Positions 8,949 to 19,333 of a stretch of DNA of 32,000 nt are shown piece by piece. The stretch comes from Mycolicibacterium smegmatis. GTDB taxonomy: Bacteria > Actinomycetota > Actinomycetes > Mycobacteriales > Mycobacteriaceae. A model generated the notes under the pieces. It saw only the letters and a list, made by a program, of their open reading frames with translations. It was not told the DNA's origin and made no database searches. The stretch's first letter is position 1. Each line of letters starts with the position of its first letter. Where the stretch lies: contig NZ_LN831039.1 of the NCBI RefSeq assembly GCF_001457595.1, forward strand, positions 5,610,001-5,642,000, given 5' to 3'. Made by a program: the position numbers and the translations under genes.

Positions 8949-10802
8949 ATGCCGCTCCCGCAGCCGATCTCGGTCGAGGACTTCTTCAGACCGCCTGTTC
9001 GCGCCGCCGCGAAGATCTCGCCCGACGGCACCAGGATCGCCTACCTCGCACCATGGCAGAACCGGCTCAACATCTGGGTGGAGAACGTCGACGGATCCGA
9101 AACCCGTTGCGTCACCGCCGACGAGAACCGCAGCATCTACATCTACGAGTGGACCGGGGATTCTCGCTGGCTGCTGTACATGCAGGACACAGGTGGCGAC
9201 GAGTACTTCCACGTCTACCGCGCCGACCCCGACGACCCGGCCGCCACGGCTGTCGACCTCACGCCGTTTCCGGGTGTGCGTACGTCGTTCGAACTGCTCA
9301 AGGGTCGGCCCGGCAAGGTGATGGTGCAACTGAACAAGCGCACGTCCACGCTGATGGACGCCGCCGAACTCGACATCGCGACCGGTGAGTTGACGGAGCT
9401 CGCGCAGAACCCCGGCACCGTCACCAACTGGCAGGCCGGGCCCAACGGGGACCTGTTCACCTCGACGCAGACCGCCGAGGGCGACATCGAGATCGCCCGA
9501 TGGGACAGCGCTGCAAAGACTTTGCGCACGATCGCGACTTATGACGGAGCCGACTACCCGCTGGGCATCCACCCGATATCGGTCAGCCCCGACGGCACCG
9601 GGCTGTGGTTCGGCTCGAACAAGGGCACCGACCGGACCCGCCTGGTGCGACTCGACGTCGCCACCGGTGAAGAGACCGAGGTGGACAGTCACCCGTCATT
9701 CGACCTCGCCACACAGGTGATGCTGCCGTTTCCGTTGATCCTCAGCGAAGCGACGGGTGAGCTGATCGGCGCCCGCTACTACGGGGAACGTCAGGTGATC
9801 CACGCGCTGGATCCGCAGTTCGCAGCGGTGCTGGAAGGTGTGAGCCGGCTCAACAGCGGCGACATCGGTTCTCTCTCGTCCGATAGCAGCGGAGCGCGTT
9901 GGGTGGTCAGCTTTTTCAGCGACCGCGATCCCGGCGTCACCTACTTCTACGACCACGCGACAGGACAGAGCCGCAAGTTGTTCCGGCCACACCCGCATCT
10001 CGATCCCGACACGCTGGCCCCGATGACGCCGGTGACCATCCCGGCACGCGACGGCCTGGACCTTCCGTCGTACCTGACGTTGCCGGTGGGCATCCCGCAG
10101 GAGAACCTGCCGATGGTCCTGCTGGTGCACGGCGGACCGTGGGCTCGCGACTGCTGGTATTACCAACCCGAGGTGCAACTGCTCGCCAACCGCGGATATG
10201 CGGTGCTGCAGGTCAACTTTCGCGGCTCGACCGGGTTCGGCAAGGCCTTCACCAAGGCCGCCATCGGCGAGTTCGCCGGCAAGATGCACGACGACCTGAT
10301 AGACGCCGTGGACTGGGCGGTCAAGCAGGGCTACGCCGACCGGGACCGCGTCGCGATCTTCGGCGGTTCCTACGGCGGGTACGCCGCGCTGGTGGGCGTC
10401 ACGTTCACCCCGGACGTGTTCGCCGCGGCCATCGACTACGTCGGCATCTCCAGCCTCGCGAACTTCATGCGCACGCTGCCGGACGTGGCGCGACCGTTCC
10501 TCGCCAACAACTGGCACCGCTACGTCGGCGACCACGACGACCCCGTGCAGGAGGCCGACATGCTCGCGCGGTCACCGATCACGCGCGTCGATCAGATCCG
10601 CGCGCCGCTGCTGGTGATCCAGGGCGCCAACGACACCCGCGTGGTGCAGGCCGAATCCGACAACCTCGTCGAGGCGCTGCGCGCCCGCGGCGTCGAGGTC
10701 GAGTACATGGTCAAAGACGACGAGGGCCACGGCTTCGTGAACCCCGAGAACCGCATCGACCTGTTCCATGCCGTCGAACGCTTCCTCGCCGAGCACCTTT
10801 GA
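8949..10802 (+). CDS. S9 family (prolyl oligopeptidase-like) peptidase / alpha-beta hydrolase
   Basis: Beta-propeller-like N-terminus, then [26 protein letters not shown] (GxSxGG nucleophile), [11 protein letters not shown] and DDEGHGF catalytic motifs. Confidence 0.88.
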   Translation: MPLPQPISVEDFFRPPVRAAAKISPDGTRIAYLAPWQNRLNIWVENVDGSETRCVTADENRSIYIYEWTGDSRWLLYMQDTGGDEYFHVYRADPDDPAATAVDLTPFPGVRTSFELLKGRPGKVMVQLNKRTSTLMDAAELDIATGELTELAQNPGTVTNWQAGPNGDLFTSTQTAEGDIEIARWDSAAKTLRTIATYDGADYPLGIHPISVSPDGTGLWFGSNKGTDRTRLVRLDVATGEETEVDSHPSFDLATQVMLPFPLILSEATGELIGARYYGERQVIHALDPQFAAVLEGVSRLNSGDIGSLSSDSSGARWVVSFFSDRDPGVTYFYDHATGQSRKLFRPHPHLDPDTLAPMTPVTIPARDGLDLPSYLTLPVGIPQENLPMVLLVHGGPWARDCWYYQPEVQLLANRGYAVLQVNFRGSTGFGKAFTKAAIGEFAGKMHDDLIDAVDWAVKQGYADRDRVAIFGGSYGGYAALVGVTFTPDVFAAAIDYVGISSLANFMRTLPDVARPFLANNWHRYVGDHDDPVQEADMLARSPITRVDQIRAPLLVIQGANDTRVVQAESDNLVEALRARGVEVEYMVKDDEGHGFVNPENRIDLFHAVERFLAEHL

Positions 10803-10816
10803 TTCCGCCAAACACA

Positions 10817-10850
10817 AAGCTGCCCCTTTTCCGACGAAAAGGGGCAGCTT
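10817..10850. terminator. Hairpin between convergent S9 peptidase and sucD genes (likely bidirectional)
   Basis: AAGCTGCCCCTTTT-CCGACG-AAAAGGGGCAGCTT: perfect 14-bp stem, 6-nt loop. Confidence 0.85.
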
Positions 10851-10870
10851 GTGCGAAAACTCGCGGAGAA

Positions 10871-11773
10871 CTACAGCGACTGCAGGATCTCGCGGGCCAG
10901 CTTGGCGGTCTCGGACGGGGTCTTGCCGACCTTGACGCCCGCGGCCTCAAGGGCCTCCTTCTTGGCCGCGGCGGTGCCCGACGAACCCGACACGATGGCG
11001 CCGGCGTGGCCCATGGTCTTGCCCTCCGGGGCGGTGAAGCCCGCGACGTAGCCGACGACCGGCTTGGTGACGTTGGCCTTGATGTAGTCGGCCGCGCGCT
11101 CCTCGGCGTCGCCGCCGATCTCGCCGATCATCACGATGACCTTGGTCTCGGGGTCCTTCTCGAACGCCTCGATGGCGTCGATGTGGGTGGTGCCGATGAC
11201 CGGGTCGCCGCCGATGCCGATGGCGGTCGAGAAACCGAAATCGCGCAGCTCGTACATCATCTGGTAGGTCAGCGTGCCGGACTTCGACACCAGACCGATC
11301 GGGCCCTTGCCGGTGATGTTGTTCGGCGTGATGCCGACCAGCGCCTCACCGGGGGTGATGATGCCGGGGCAGTTGGGGCCGATGATGCGGGTCTTCTGAC
11401 CCTTGTCGACGTTGTAGGCCCACGCGTAGGCGGTGTCCTGCACCGGGATGCCCTCGGTGATGACCACCAGCAGCGGGATCTCGGCGTCGATGGCCTCGAT
11501 GATGGCGTCCTTCGAGAAGGCCGGCGGCACAAAGGCGATCGACACGTCGGCGCCGGTCTCCTTGATGGCCTCGGCGACACTGCCGAACACCGGGAGTTCG
11601 ATGTCGTTGCCGTCCTTGTCCTTGTGGGACACGGTGGTGCCGGCCTTGCGCGCGTTCACGCCACCGACGATCTGGGTGCCGGCCTTGAGCATCAGCGCGG
11701 TGTGCTTGGTTCCCTCACCACCGGTGATGCCCTGGACGATGACCTTGGAGTCCTTGTTCAGAAAGATCGACAT
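10871..11773 (-). CDS. sucD: Succinate-CoA ligase subunit alpha
   Basis: [28 protein letters not shown]..., [37 protein letters not shown]. Confidence 0.97.
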   Translation of the reverse strand: MSIFLNKDSKVIVQGITGGEGTKHTALMLKAGTQIVGGVNARKAGTTVSHKDKDGNDIELPVFGSVAEAIKETGADVSIAFVPPAFSKDAIIEAIDAEIPLLVVITEGIPVQDTAYAWAYNVDKGQKTRIIGPNCPGIITPGEALVGITPNNITGKGPIGLVSKSGTLTYQMMYELRDFGFSTAIGIGGDPVIGTTHIDAIEAFEKDPETKVIVMIGEIGGDAEERAADYIKANVTKPVVGYVAGFTAPEGKTMGHAGAIVSGSSGTAAAKKEALEAAGVKVGKTPSETAKLAREILQSL

Positions 11774-11785
11774 GTGAAGTGTCCC

Positions 11786-12949
11786 TTACTTGTTCGCCAG
11801 CTCGGCGGCCTTGTCGGCACCGGCGTCCATGGTCTCGGCCTGGATGACCAGGGGGTGGTTGGCTTCGGCCAGGATGCGCCGGCCCTCTTCGACGTTGTTG
11901 CCGTCCAGACGCACGACCAGCGGCTTGTTGGCCTCGTCGCCCAGGATCTGCAGGGCCTGCACGATGCCGTTGGCGACGGCGTCACACGCGGTGATGCCAC
12001 CGAAGACGTTGACGAACACGCTCTTGACCTGGCTGTCGCCCAGAATGACGTCCAGACCCGCGGCCATCACGGCGGCCGAGGCGCCACCGCCGATGTCCAG
12101 GAAGTTGGCGGGCTTCACGCCGCCGTGGTTCTCACCCGCGTAGGCGACGACGTCCAGCGTCGACATGACCAGACCGGCGCCGTTGCCGATGATGCCGACC
12201 TGCCCGTCGAGCTTGACGTAGTTGAGGTCGTTCTCCTTGGCCTTGAGCTCAAGAGGATCGGTGGCGTCGCGGTCCTCGAACTCGGCGTGGCCGGGCTGAC
12301 GGAAGCCGGCGTTCTCGTCGAGGGTGACCTTGCCGTCGAGGGCGAGGATCTGATCGTCGGGGGTGCGCACCAGCGGGTTGACCTCCACCAGGGTGGCGTC
12401 CTCCTTGACGAACACCTCCCACAGCTTCTGGATGGTCACCGCGGCGGCGTCGAGCACCTCGGCGGGCAGGTGGCCTTGCTCGGCGATCGAACGGGCGAAC
12501 GCCAGGTCGACACCCTTGACGGCGTCGACAGGAACCTTCGCGAGACGCTCGGGCTTGGTGGCGGCCACTTCCTCGATCTCCATGCCACCCTCGACCGAGC
12601 ACATGGCCAGGTAGGTGCGGTTGGCGCGATCGAGCAAGAAGGAGATGTAGTACTCCTCGGCGATGTCGCTCGCCTCGGCCACGAGCAACTTCTTGACCAC
12701 GTGGCCCTTGATGTCGAGGCCGAGGATGTTGTTTGCGTGAGTGAACGCGTCATCGGGGGTGGCTGCGTACTTCACGCCACCGGCCTTGCCGCGACCACCG
12801 GTCTTGACCTGGGCTTTCACCATCACGGGGCGGCCGATTTCCTCGGCGATCGTCTTGGCGTCCTCGGCGGAATCGGTCACCCGGCCGGGTGATGTCGGGA
12901 CGTTGTGCTTGGCGAACAGCTCTTTCGCCTGGTATTCGAAGAGATCCAT
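11786..12949 (-). CDS. sucC: Succinate-CoA ligase subunit beta
   Basis: [24 protein letters not shown]..., [24 protein letters not shown]-like [22 protein letters not shown] at 12947-12949. Confidence 0.97.
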   Translation of the reverse strand: MDLFEYQAKELFAKHNVPTSPGRVTDSAEDAKTIAEEIGRPVMVKAQVKTGGRGKAGGVKYAATPDDAFTHANNILGLDIKGHVVKKLLVAEASDIAEEYYISFLLDRANRTYLAMCSVEGGMEIEEVAATKPERLAKVPVDAVKGVDLAFARSIAEQGHLPAEVLDAAAVTIQKLWEVFVKEDATLVEVNPLVRTPDDQILALDGKVTLDENAGFRQPGHAEFEDRDATDPLELKAKENDLNYVKLDGQVGIIGNGAGLVMSTLDVVAYAGENHGGVKPANFLDIGGGASAAVMAAGLDVILGDSQVKSVFVNVFGGITACDAVANGIVQALQILGDEANKPLVVRLDGNNVEEGRRILAEANHPLVIQAETMDAGADKAAELANK

Positions 12950-13090
12950 TGGCTCACTGTCTGTCTGCGTTGACTTCGAAGTTGCCCGGCCGGGGAAAAC
13001 GCCTGTCGGGCCCGTTGGCACTTTATCGACCGCGTAGTGATGCTTCGGCACCGCCTTCCGCTCATGTGGTAGATCTCACCGGTACCAAAC

Positions 13091-13106
13091 CGTGATACAC
13101 ATCACA
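13091..13106. promoter_or_regulatory. Putative CRP/FNR-family binding site
   Basis: CGTGATACACATCACA = (C)GTGA-N6-TCAC(A), in the divergent sucC / M23 peptidase intergenic region. Confidence 0.5.
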
Positions 13107-13208
13107 ATCCCCCGGGGAATGCTCACATAAGTTGCCACCAACATTGGGATTTGGTTAACGTGCCTCTGGTCCAGATAACGCTGAGGTCACGAGAAGGATC
13201 CCCGGGTT

Positions 13209-14348
13209 TTGTTGCAGCATCGTTCGTCCGCGTCCCTGAAGGGGAATCCGACGAACGCTCGCGAACGCAAGTCCGCCCAGGCCGACGACCTCGACGCCGC
13301 TGAAGTGACCGACATCATCCCGTTCAGCGAGTTCTCCAAGGCGTTCGACCAGTTCGCTGCTCTGGATACCCAAATCTCAAGCGCCTACGACAATTTGAGC
13401 GCTTTCGAGCGCGAGGCCCGCGTCATCGAGGCCCCTGAGCTCGACGATCTCAACGACACCGACGACCTCGAGCCGGTGCGTCTGGACATCCCGTCGGAGT
13501 TCCTGGCCGATGCCCGCGACGCCGGTGAGCGCAGCGCCTCACGCCGCAAGCGCAACGCCACCCACGCCTACCGCGACAGCCACACCGACGTCAGCGACGG
13601 CACCGCAGCAACCGACGTCATCGACATGACAGGCCGTCGCGGCGCTCACCGCAAAGAGACCACCGGCGCGCTCAAGAGCCGGCTGATGATCGCGGCGGTG
13701 GCCGCGGGCGCCACCGCCGCCGGTGCGTACTCGTTCGGGAACGGCACCGAGGCCCAGGCCGCCGACGACACCGTGCTGGCCACCGGCCAGACGACGGTCG
13801 ACGGAGCCTCGGTCAGCGGTTCGAACGACGGCATGCAGATCGTCTCGGTCGCGTCGAACATCTCGTCGGCCGTGCACGCCGAGGAGATCACCAAGGCCGC
13901 CGCGTTCGCACAGGAGCGCGCCGAGCGTGAGGCCCGCCTTTCGCGCCCGCTGTTCGTGATGCCGACCAAAGGCGTGTGGACGTCGGGCTTCGGCTACCGC
14001 TGGGGCGTGCTGCACGGCGGCATCGACATCGCCAACTCGATCGGCACGCCGATCTACGCCGCGTCCGACGGCGTGGTCACCGACGTGGGCCCGACGGCCG
14101 GTTACGGCGCGTGGGTGAAGATCCGCCACTCCGACGGCACCGTCACGCTCTACGGTCACATCAACACGTGGCTCGTCAGCGTCGGCGAGCGCGTGATGGC
14201 GGGCGATCAGATCGCCACCATGGGCAACCGGGGCTACTCCACGGGTCCCCACCTGCATTTCGAGGTCCTGACCAACGGCACGAACCGGATCGATCCGGTC
14301 GGTTGGCTGGCCAAGCGCGGGCTCAGCCCGGGCAGCTATGTTGGCTGA
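13209..14348 (+). CDS. M23 family metallopeptidase, single-pass membrane/secreted (Rv0950c-like); start codon uncertain
   Basis: C-terminal LytM core: GVLHGGIDIANSIGTPIYAASDGVV, YGHINTWLVSVGERV, GPHLHFEV. Internal hydrophobic segment LMIAAVAAGATAAGAYSFG. Confidence 0.88.
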   Translation: MLQHRSSASLKGNPTNARERKSAQADDLDAAEVTDIIPFSEFSKAFDQFAALDTQISSAYDNLSAFEREARVIEAPELDDLNDTDDLEPVRLDIPSEFLADARDAGERSASRRKRNATHAYRDSHTDVSDGTAATDVIDMTGRRGAHRKETTGALKSRLMIAAVAAGATAAGAYSFGNGTEAQAADDTVLATGQTTVDGASVSGSNDGMQIVSVASNISSAVHAEEITKAAAFAQERAEREARLSRPLFVMPTKGVWTSGFGYRWGVLHGGIDIANSIGTPIYAASDGVVTDVGPTAGYGAWVKIRHSDGTVTLYGHINTWLVSVGERVMAGDQIATMGNRGYSTGPHLHFEVLTNGTNRIDPVGWLAKRGLSPGSYVG

Positions 14349-15032
14349 GTGAGCGACTCCGGTCCCCTCGACACCGACCAGTCCGGTGAGGACGACCGCA
14401 CCCGCATCATCCGCCGACAACCTTCGTCTCCTCTCTCGGGTCCCGTGCCCACTTCCGACCCTTTGTCCGATGATGTGCCGAAGACGAGCATCATCCGGCG
14501 CCATCCGACAGGTGCCATACCCACCGCGCCCGACGCCGAACCACAAACCAGCCTCATCGGGGCGCAGAGCGACGCTTCCGGGCCCGAGGACGCCGGAGAG
14601 GCGGCCACCGCGTACGTGCCCCGGGCACGTCCCCTCGTGATCCCCCGCCGCGCGTCGGCCAACGATCCCAAGACCGCGGTGACCGCCGCGACGCTGAGCA
14701 TCCTCAGCGGCTGGGGCACGGCCGTCATCGCCACCGATCTGATCGCGGGATGGTGGCGCACCGATCAACTGTTCTGCGTGGCCGTCGGCTTCCTCACCGC
14801 CGTATCGGCCGCAGCAACCATCGGCGGCCTCATCGCGCTGTTGCTGCGCCGGCGCCTGGGCCGGCTGCTCATCGTCGTCGGCGCGGTCATCGCGCTGCTG
14901 ATCTTCGGCAGCCTGTTCATCGCGGGCGCCAAGCTGCACCCGCTGGTCTACGCGATCCCGGTGCTGCCCGTCTCCGCCATCCTGTTCGCCGTGTTGCCGG
15001 CCACGGGCAGATGGGCCGTGCGCAGCGAATAG
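14349..15032 (+). CDS. Hypothetical membrane protein with a disordered N-terminus
   Basis: GTG start directly abutting the TGA of the M23 gene. Thr/Pro-rich N-terminus, then several hydrophobic segments. Confidence 0.7.
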   Translation: MSDSGPLDTDQSGEDDRTRIIRRQPSSPLSGPVPTSDPLSDDVPKTSIIRRHPTGAIPTAPDAEPQTSLIGAQSDASGPEDAGEAATAYVPRARPLVIPRRASANDPKTAVTAATLSILSGWGTAVIATDLIAGWWRTDQLFCVAVGFLTAVSAAATIGGLIALLLRRRLGRLLIVVGAVIALLIFGSLFIAGAKLHPLVYAIPVLPVSAILFAVLPATGRWAVRSE

Positions 15033-15206
15033 CCCGGCTTTGCCAGGCGCTGCCGCGTCCCATTTACGTCACGCTCGTCGAAAGGTCAGCACCCGGGCGC
15101 TGTTCGGGTCAGCATGAGCCAAACCGTCGACCGGTCGAGCACCGCCGACTTCTACTGACCTCTGTCTGGTGTTCTCACACCCCATCACCACCTCGGAGGC
15201 CCGCTC

Positions 15207-16175
15207 ATGCTCAGCCGGTTGTTGCGCTCTCTATCCGCCGTCGCCGCCGCGTCGGCACTTGCCGTCGGCGCCGTCGCGTGCAGCAGCAGCGACGACACGG
15301 GCGGCTACACGCTGCGCGTCGGTGCGACGTCGGTGACGGGCACCCCGGCCGGATCGCTGGGCTGGGGTGACAAGGAGGGCATCCTCACCGACGAGCTCAA
15401 GTCCGCGGGCATCGACAAGATCGAGTACTCGTTCTTCCAGTCGGGCAGCGACGTGGTCTCGGCGCTGTTCGCCGGCGCGATCGACGTCGCCGCCGTGGGC
15501 GACAACCCGGCCCTGCGTGCCCGCAGCCGCGACGCGAGAGTCGTTCTGCTGTCTCTCGATTCGATCAACGGCGACGCGTGGATCGTCGGCGCCAAGGGCG
15601 GCCCCGCCACCATCGGCGATCTGGTGGGCAAGTCGGTCACCGCGCCGCAGGGCACCATCCGCGACCGCGCGGCACGCCAGCTCATCGAGGCCGCGGGTCT
15701 CAGCGGCAAGATCGAGGTACGCGACGTCCCGACACCGGAGTCCATCGCGGGTCTGAGTTCGGGCCAGATCGACGCCACGGTGGTCACCGGCGCCAGCGCC
15801 GCCGAACTCAAGGACCGGGGCTTCCCCATCATCGACAGCCTGTCGCAGCACGGGTTCGGCAGCACGGGCACCAACATCGCGCTGACGTCGTTCACCGAAG
15901 CGCACCCCGAATTCGCCGAGGCCTGGCAGAACGCCGTCACCGCGGTCAACAAGGACATCACCGAGAACTTCGACGCCTACACGCAGTGGGTCGCCGAAAC
16001 CGATGACACCGAGGTCGAGTACGTCCGCCAGTCCACCCAGGCCGGCGAGTTCAACACCGAACCGTTCCCCCAGAAAGGCGTCGAACAGCTCGAGGCCGCG
16101 TACAACTTCCTCAAGGCCGACGGCTCGCTGGACAACGAGTACTCGGTGGCCGAGTGGGCCGGGGCCAAGTCATGA
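15207..16175 (+). CDS. ABC transporter substrate-binding lipoprotein (sulfonate/nitrate/taurine type)
   Basis: Signal sequence with lipobox (VGAVAC|SSS). GDNPALRARS, INGDAWIVGAKG, TAPQGTIRDRAARQLI resemble the SsuA/TauA family. Confidence 0.85.
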   Translation: MLSRLLRSLSAVAAASALAVGAVACSSSDDTGGYTLRVGATSVTGTPAGSLGWGDKEGILTDELKSAGIDKIEYSFFQSGSDVVSALFAGAIDVAAVGDNPALRARSRDARVVLLSLDSINGDAWIVGAKGGPATIGDLVGKSVTAPQGTIRDRAARQLIEAAGLSGKIEVRDVPTPESIAGLSSGQIDATVVTGASAAELKDRGFPIIDSLSQHGFGSTGTNIALTSFTEAHPEFAEAWQNAVTAVNKDITENFDAYTQWVAETDDTEVEYVRQSTQAGEFNTEPFPQKGVEQLEAAYNFLKADGSLDNEYSVAEWAGAKS

Positions 16176-17026
16176 CGGCCACCGCCGTCGCACCCGAGGC
16201 CGCGGGACCCGACCTCGTCGACATCACGGCGATCCACATCAGGCGAAAGAGCCTGTGGGCGCTGATCCCCCGGCCGCTGCGCCGCCTGATGGGCCCGGCC
16301 CTGATCCTGCTCGCGTGGACCGTGGGCTCAGGAACCGGCCTGCTCAACACCGACCTGTTCCCGCCACCCACCGATGTCGCGGCCACGGCATGGCGCCTGT
16401 TCGACAACGGTCAACTCGCCACGCACATCGGCGCCTCGGCGGTGCGGGTGCTGGTCGGCACGGTCCTCGGCATCCTGATCGGTGTGGTGCTCGCCGTGCT
16501 CGCGGGCCTGACCCGCACGGGCGAGGACCTGCTGGACTGGACGATGCAGATCCTCAAGGCAGTACCGAATTTCGCGCTCACACCGCTGTTGATCATCTGG
16601 ATGGGCATCGGTGAAGGACCCAAGATCGTCCTGATCACCACGGGCGTCGCGATCGCGATCTACATCAACACCTACTCGGGTATCCGGGGCGTGGACCGCC
16701 AACTCGTCGAGATGGCCCAGACCCTCGAAGCGCCGCGCCGCACGCTCATCACGCAGGTGATCCTGCCCGGCGCGATGCCGAATTTCCTTGTCGGACTGCG
16801 GCTCGGGCTGTCGAGCGCGTGGCTCAGCCTGATCTTCGCGGAGATGATCAACACCACCGAGGGCATCGGATTCCTGATGTCACGCGCGCAGACCAACCTG
16901 CAGTTCGACGTGTCGCTGTTGGTCATCGTCATCTACGCCATCGCAGGCCTGCTGTCCTACAGCCTGGTGCGCCTCTTGGAGCGGCTTCTACTGTCGTGGC
17001 GCAACGGATTCGACGGGGTCTCATGA
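16172..17026 (+). CDS. ABC transporter permease (SsuC/TauC-like)
   Basis: Overlaps the previous stop (ATGA). EMAQTLEAPRRTLITQVILPGAMPNFLVGLRLGLSSAWLSLIFAEMI: EAA-loop signature. Confidence 0.9.
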   Translation: MTATAVAPEAAGPDLVDITAIHIRRKSLWALIPRPLRRLMGPALILLAWTVGSGTGLLNTDLFPPPTDVAATAWRLFDNGQLATHIGASAVRVLVGTVLGILIGVVLAVLAGLTRTGEDLLDWTMQILKAVPNFALTPLLIIWMGIGEGPKIVLITTGVAIAIYINTYSGIRGVDRQLVEMAQTLEAPRRTLITQVILPGAMPNFLVGLRLGLSSAWLSLIFAEMINTTEGIGFLMSRAQTNLQFDVSLLVIVIYAIAGLLSYSLVRLLERLLLSWRNGFDGVS

Positions 17027-17751
17027 GCGCCGTGGTTCAGGTGCGCGGCCTGCGCCGGTCATTCGGGGCCCAGCAGGTGCTCGACGATCTCGAATTGCAG
17101 ATCGACGACGGCGAATTCGTCGCCATGCTGGGCCGGTCGGGCTCCGGGAAGAGCACGCTGCTGCGCATCCTCGCGGGCCTCGACGACGACGTCACAGGAT
17201 CCGTGGTGGTGCCGCGCTCGCGTGCCGTGGTGTTCCAGAACCCGCGCCTGCTGCCGTGGCGTCGCGCGCTGGCCAATGTGACGTTCGCGCTGCGCGACGG
17301 CGGTCCCGACGAGCCGAGCCGCACCGCGCGGGCCCGCGCCGCGCTCGACGAGGTCGGGCTCTCCGACAAGGCCAGGAGCTGGCCGCTGTCGCTGTCCGGC
17401 GGTGAGGCGCAACGCGTTTCCCTGGCGCGGGCACTGGTGCGGGAACCGGATCTGTTGTTGCTCGACGAACCGTTCGGGGCGCTCGACGCCTTGACCCGGC
17501 TCAAGATGTACCGCCTGCTTCACGAGTTGTGGGCGCGACGGCACATGGCCGTCCTGCACGTCACCCACGACGTCGACGAGGCGATCCTGCTCGCCGACCG
17601 GGTCGTGGTGCTCTCGGGTGGCCAGGTCTCGCTCGACCGGCGCGTCGACCTGCCGTTCCCCCGCAGCCGCGGCGACGACGGCTTCGACGATCTGCGCCGC
17701 GTGCTGCTCGCCGAACTCGGTGTGCGTGAAGAGGTGGGACATGACCGGTAG
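17023..17751 (+). CDS. ABC transporter ATP-binding protein (SsuB/TauB-like)
   Basis: MSAVVQVRGLRRSFG...; Walker A GRSGSGKST; signature LSGGEAQRVSLARAL; Walker B LLLLDEPFGALD. ATG at 17023 overlaps the permease stop. Confidence 0.93.
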   Translation: MSAVVQVRGLRRSFGAQQVLDDLELQIDDGEFVAMLGRSGSGKSTLLRILAGLDDDVTGSVVVPRSRAVVFQNPRLLPWRRALANVTFALRDGGPDEPSRTARARAALDEVGLSDKARSWPLSLSGGEAQRVSLARALVREPDLLLLDEPFGALDALTRLKMYRLLHELWARRHMAVLHVTHDVDEAILLADRVVVLSGGQVSLDRRVDLPFPRSRGDDGFDDLRRVLLAELGVREEVGHDR

Positions 17752-19333
17752 ACCGGACACCCTCACCACCGATGTGCTCGTGATCGGCGGCGGCCCGGCC
17801 GCGACGTGGGCGGCCATCTCGGCTACCGAGGCCGGCGCCCGGGTCATCCTGGTGGACAAGGGATATTGCGGTACCAGCGGCGCCACTGCGGCGGGCGGCA
17901 ACAACCTGTGGCTCATCCCGCCCGGGCCGCGCCGCGAGGAATCGGTGCGCGACCGCGAGAAGGCCGCGGGCCGGATCACCGACGCCGACTGGATGTTCCG
18001 GGTTCTCGCCACCGCGTGGGACCGCGTCGACCAACTGGCCGCGTGGGGCTACCCCTTTCCGGCCGGCTCCGACGGCAGGCCCATGCGCAGCAGCCTGCAG
18101 GGCCCTGAGTACATGCGCCGGATGCGCCGCAAGGTGCACCGCAGCGGGGTCCGCATCCTCGACCATCATCCCGCGCTCGAGTTGACGGTGGACGACGACG
18201 GCGTCGTCGACGGCGCGACCGGTATCGCGCGCCAGGAGGGCGGACGGCCCTGGCGGGTCACCGCGGGCGCGGTCGTGCTCGCCACGGGCGGAACCGCGTT
18301 CCTGTCCGGCACATTCGGCACCAACGTCGACACCGGCGACGGCCTGCTCATGGCCGCCGAACACGGCGCTGCGCTGTCGGGCATGGAGTTCAGCACGGCG
18401 TATGCGCTGGCCCCCGAATGGGGCACCCACACGAAAGGCCGGATGCTGCAGTGGGGCAGCTTCTTCGACGAGCACGGACAGCCGCTGCCCACGCAGCTCG
18501 GCCTGGGTGGACGCCAGGACGCGCAAGCCCAACTCGCGCACGGCAGGCGGGTGTTCGCGCGCATCGACCGGGCGCCCGCGCACATCCACCAGACCATGCG
18601 TGACGCGCAGCCCAACTATTTCCTGCCCCTCGACAAGGCCGGCATCGACCCGTTCACCACGGCGTACCCGGTCCGCATGGTCCACGAGGGTTCGGTGCGC
18701 GGCACGGGCGGTCTGCGCCTCACCGGACCCGACTGCGCGACAACGGTTCCCGGCCTGTACGCGGCCGGTGACGCCGCGACCCGCGAGCTCATCACCGGGT
18801 CGCGTTCGGGCGGGGGCAGCCACAACGGCTCGTGGGCGATCGCGTCGGGCACCTTCGCGGGGCGCGGCGCGGCCGAGTTCAGCCGCAGACGCACCACACG
18901 GGCCGCACGGGCCGGGGCCGAAAGCCCACTCAACGTGCGCACCCGCAATGGGGCACCGACGGTCGACGAGGTGGTGCGCGCCGCTCAGCAACACGTGCTG
19001 CCGCCGCTGCGCAGTTACCTGAAAACCGCGGAGCGCCTCGCCGAGTCGGCCGCGGCACTCGAAACGGTGTGGCGTGACATCGCCGACGGTCTGGCCCCGG
19101 TCGCCCCACGCGACACCTACAAAGTGCGTCAGGCCGTCGCGCTCGTGGCGGCGGCACGCTGGGTGACCGCGGCATCGCTGGCGCGCGCCGAGACCCGCGG
19201 CCTGCATCGGCGTGAGGACATCCCGGACACCGACGCCCGGTTCGATCACCGCATCCTGGTCGGCGGGCTCGACGAGGTGTGGACCGCACCGGATCCCGTT
19301 GCGCCCCGGCTGGTGTCGGAGGCAGTCGCATGA
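17741..19333 (+). CDS. FAD-dependent oxidoreductase, fumarate reductase/APS reductase alpha-like flavoprotein
   Basis: Dinucleotide-binding VLVIGGGPAATWAAISATEAGARVILVDKG; C-terminal VPGLYAAGDAATRELITGSRSGGGSHNGSWAIASG. Overlaps the ATPase gene end. Confidence 0.85.
   Translation: MTGRPDTLTTDVLVIGGGPAATWAAISATEAGARVILVDKGYCGTSGATAAGGNNLWLIPPGPRREESVRDREKAAGRITDADWMFRVLATAWDRVDQLAAWGYPFPAGSDGRPMRSSLQGPEYMRRMRRKVHRSGVRILDHHPALELTVDDDGVVDGATGIARQEGGRPWRVTAGAVVLATGGTAFLSGTFGTNVDTGDGLLMAAEHGAALSGMEFSTAYALAPEWGTHTKGRMLQWGSFFDEHGQPLPTQLGLGGRQDAQAQLAHGRRVFARIDRAPAHIHQTMRDAQPNYFLPLDKAGIDPFTTAYPVRMVHEGSVRGTGGLRLTGPDCATTVPGLYAAGDAATRELITGSRSGGGSHNGSWAIASGTFAGRGAAEFSRRRTTRAARAGAESPLNVRTRNGAPTVDEVVRAAQQHVLPPLRSYLKTAERLAESAAALETVWRDIADGLAPVAPRDTYKVRQAVALVAAARWVTAASLARAETRGLHRREDIPDTDARFDHRILVGGLDEVWTAPDPVAPRLVSEAVA

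Noticed and set aside
9899-12892. 997-aa plus-strand ORF across the S9 peptidase end and sucDC
   Set aside because: Low-complexity Arg/Gly/His-rich translation antisense to sucD and sucC; a GC-codon-bias artefact.
13107-13208. Possible c-di-AMP (ydaO) riboswitch ahead of the M23 peptidase, as known for some mycobacterial wall hydrolases
   Set aside because: The leader is short and I saw no recognisable ydaO core. An Infernal search would decide.
15033-15206. Possible riboswitch (SAM-IV, guanidine-I) upstream of the ABC operon
   Set aside because: I could not identify conserved core motifs of either class. A covariance-model scan would be needed to revisit this.
17561-19249. 562-aa minus-strand ORF opposite the flavoprotein
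   Set aside because: The plus strand has clear FAD-binding motifs and overlapping operon starts, so the antisense frame is spurious.
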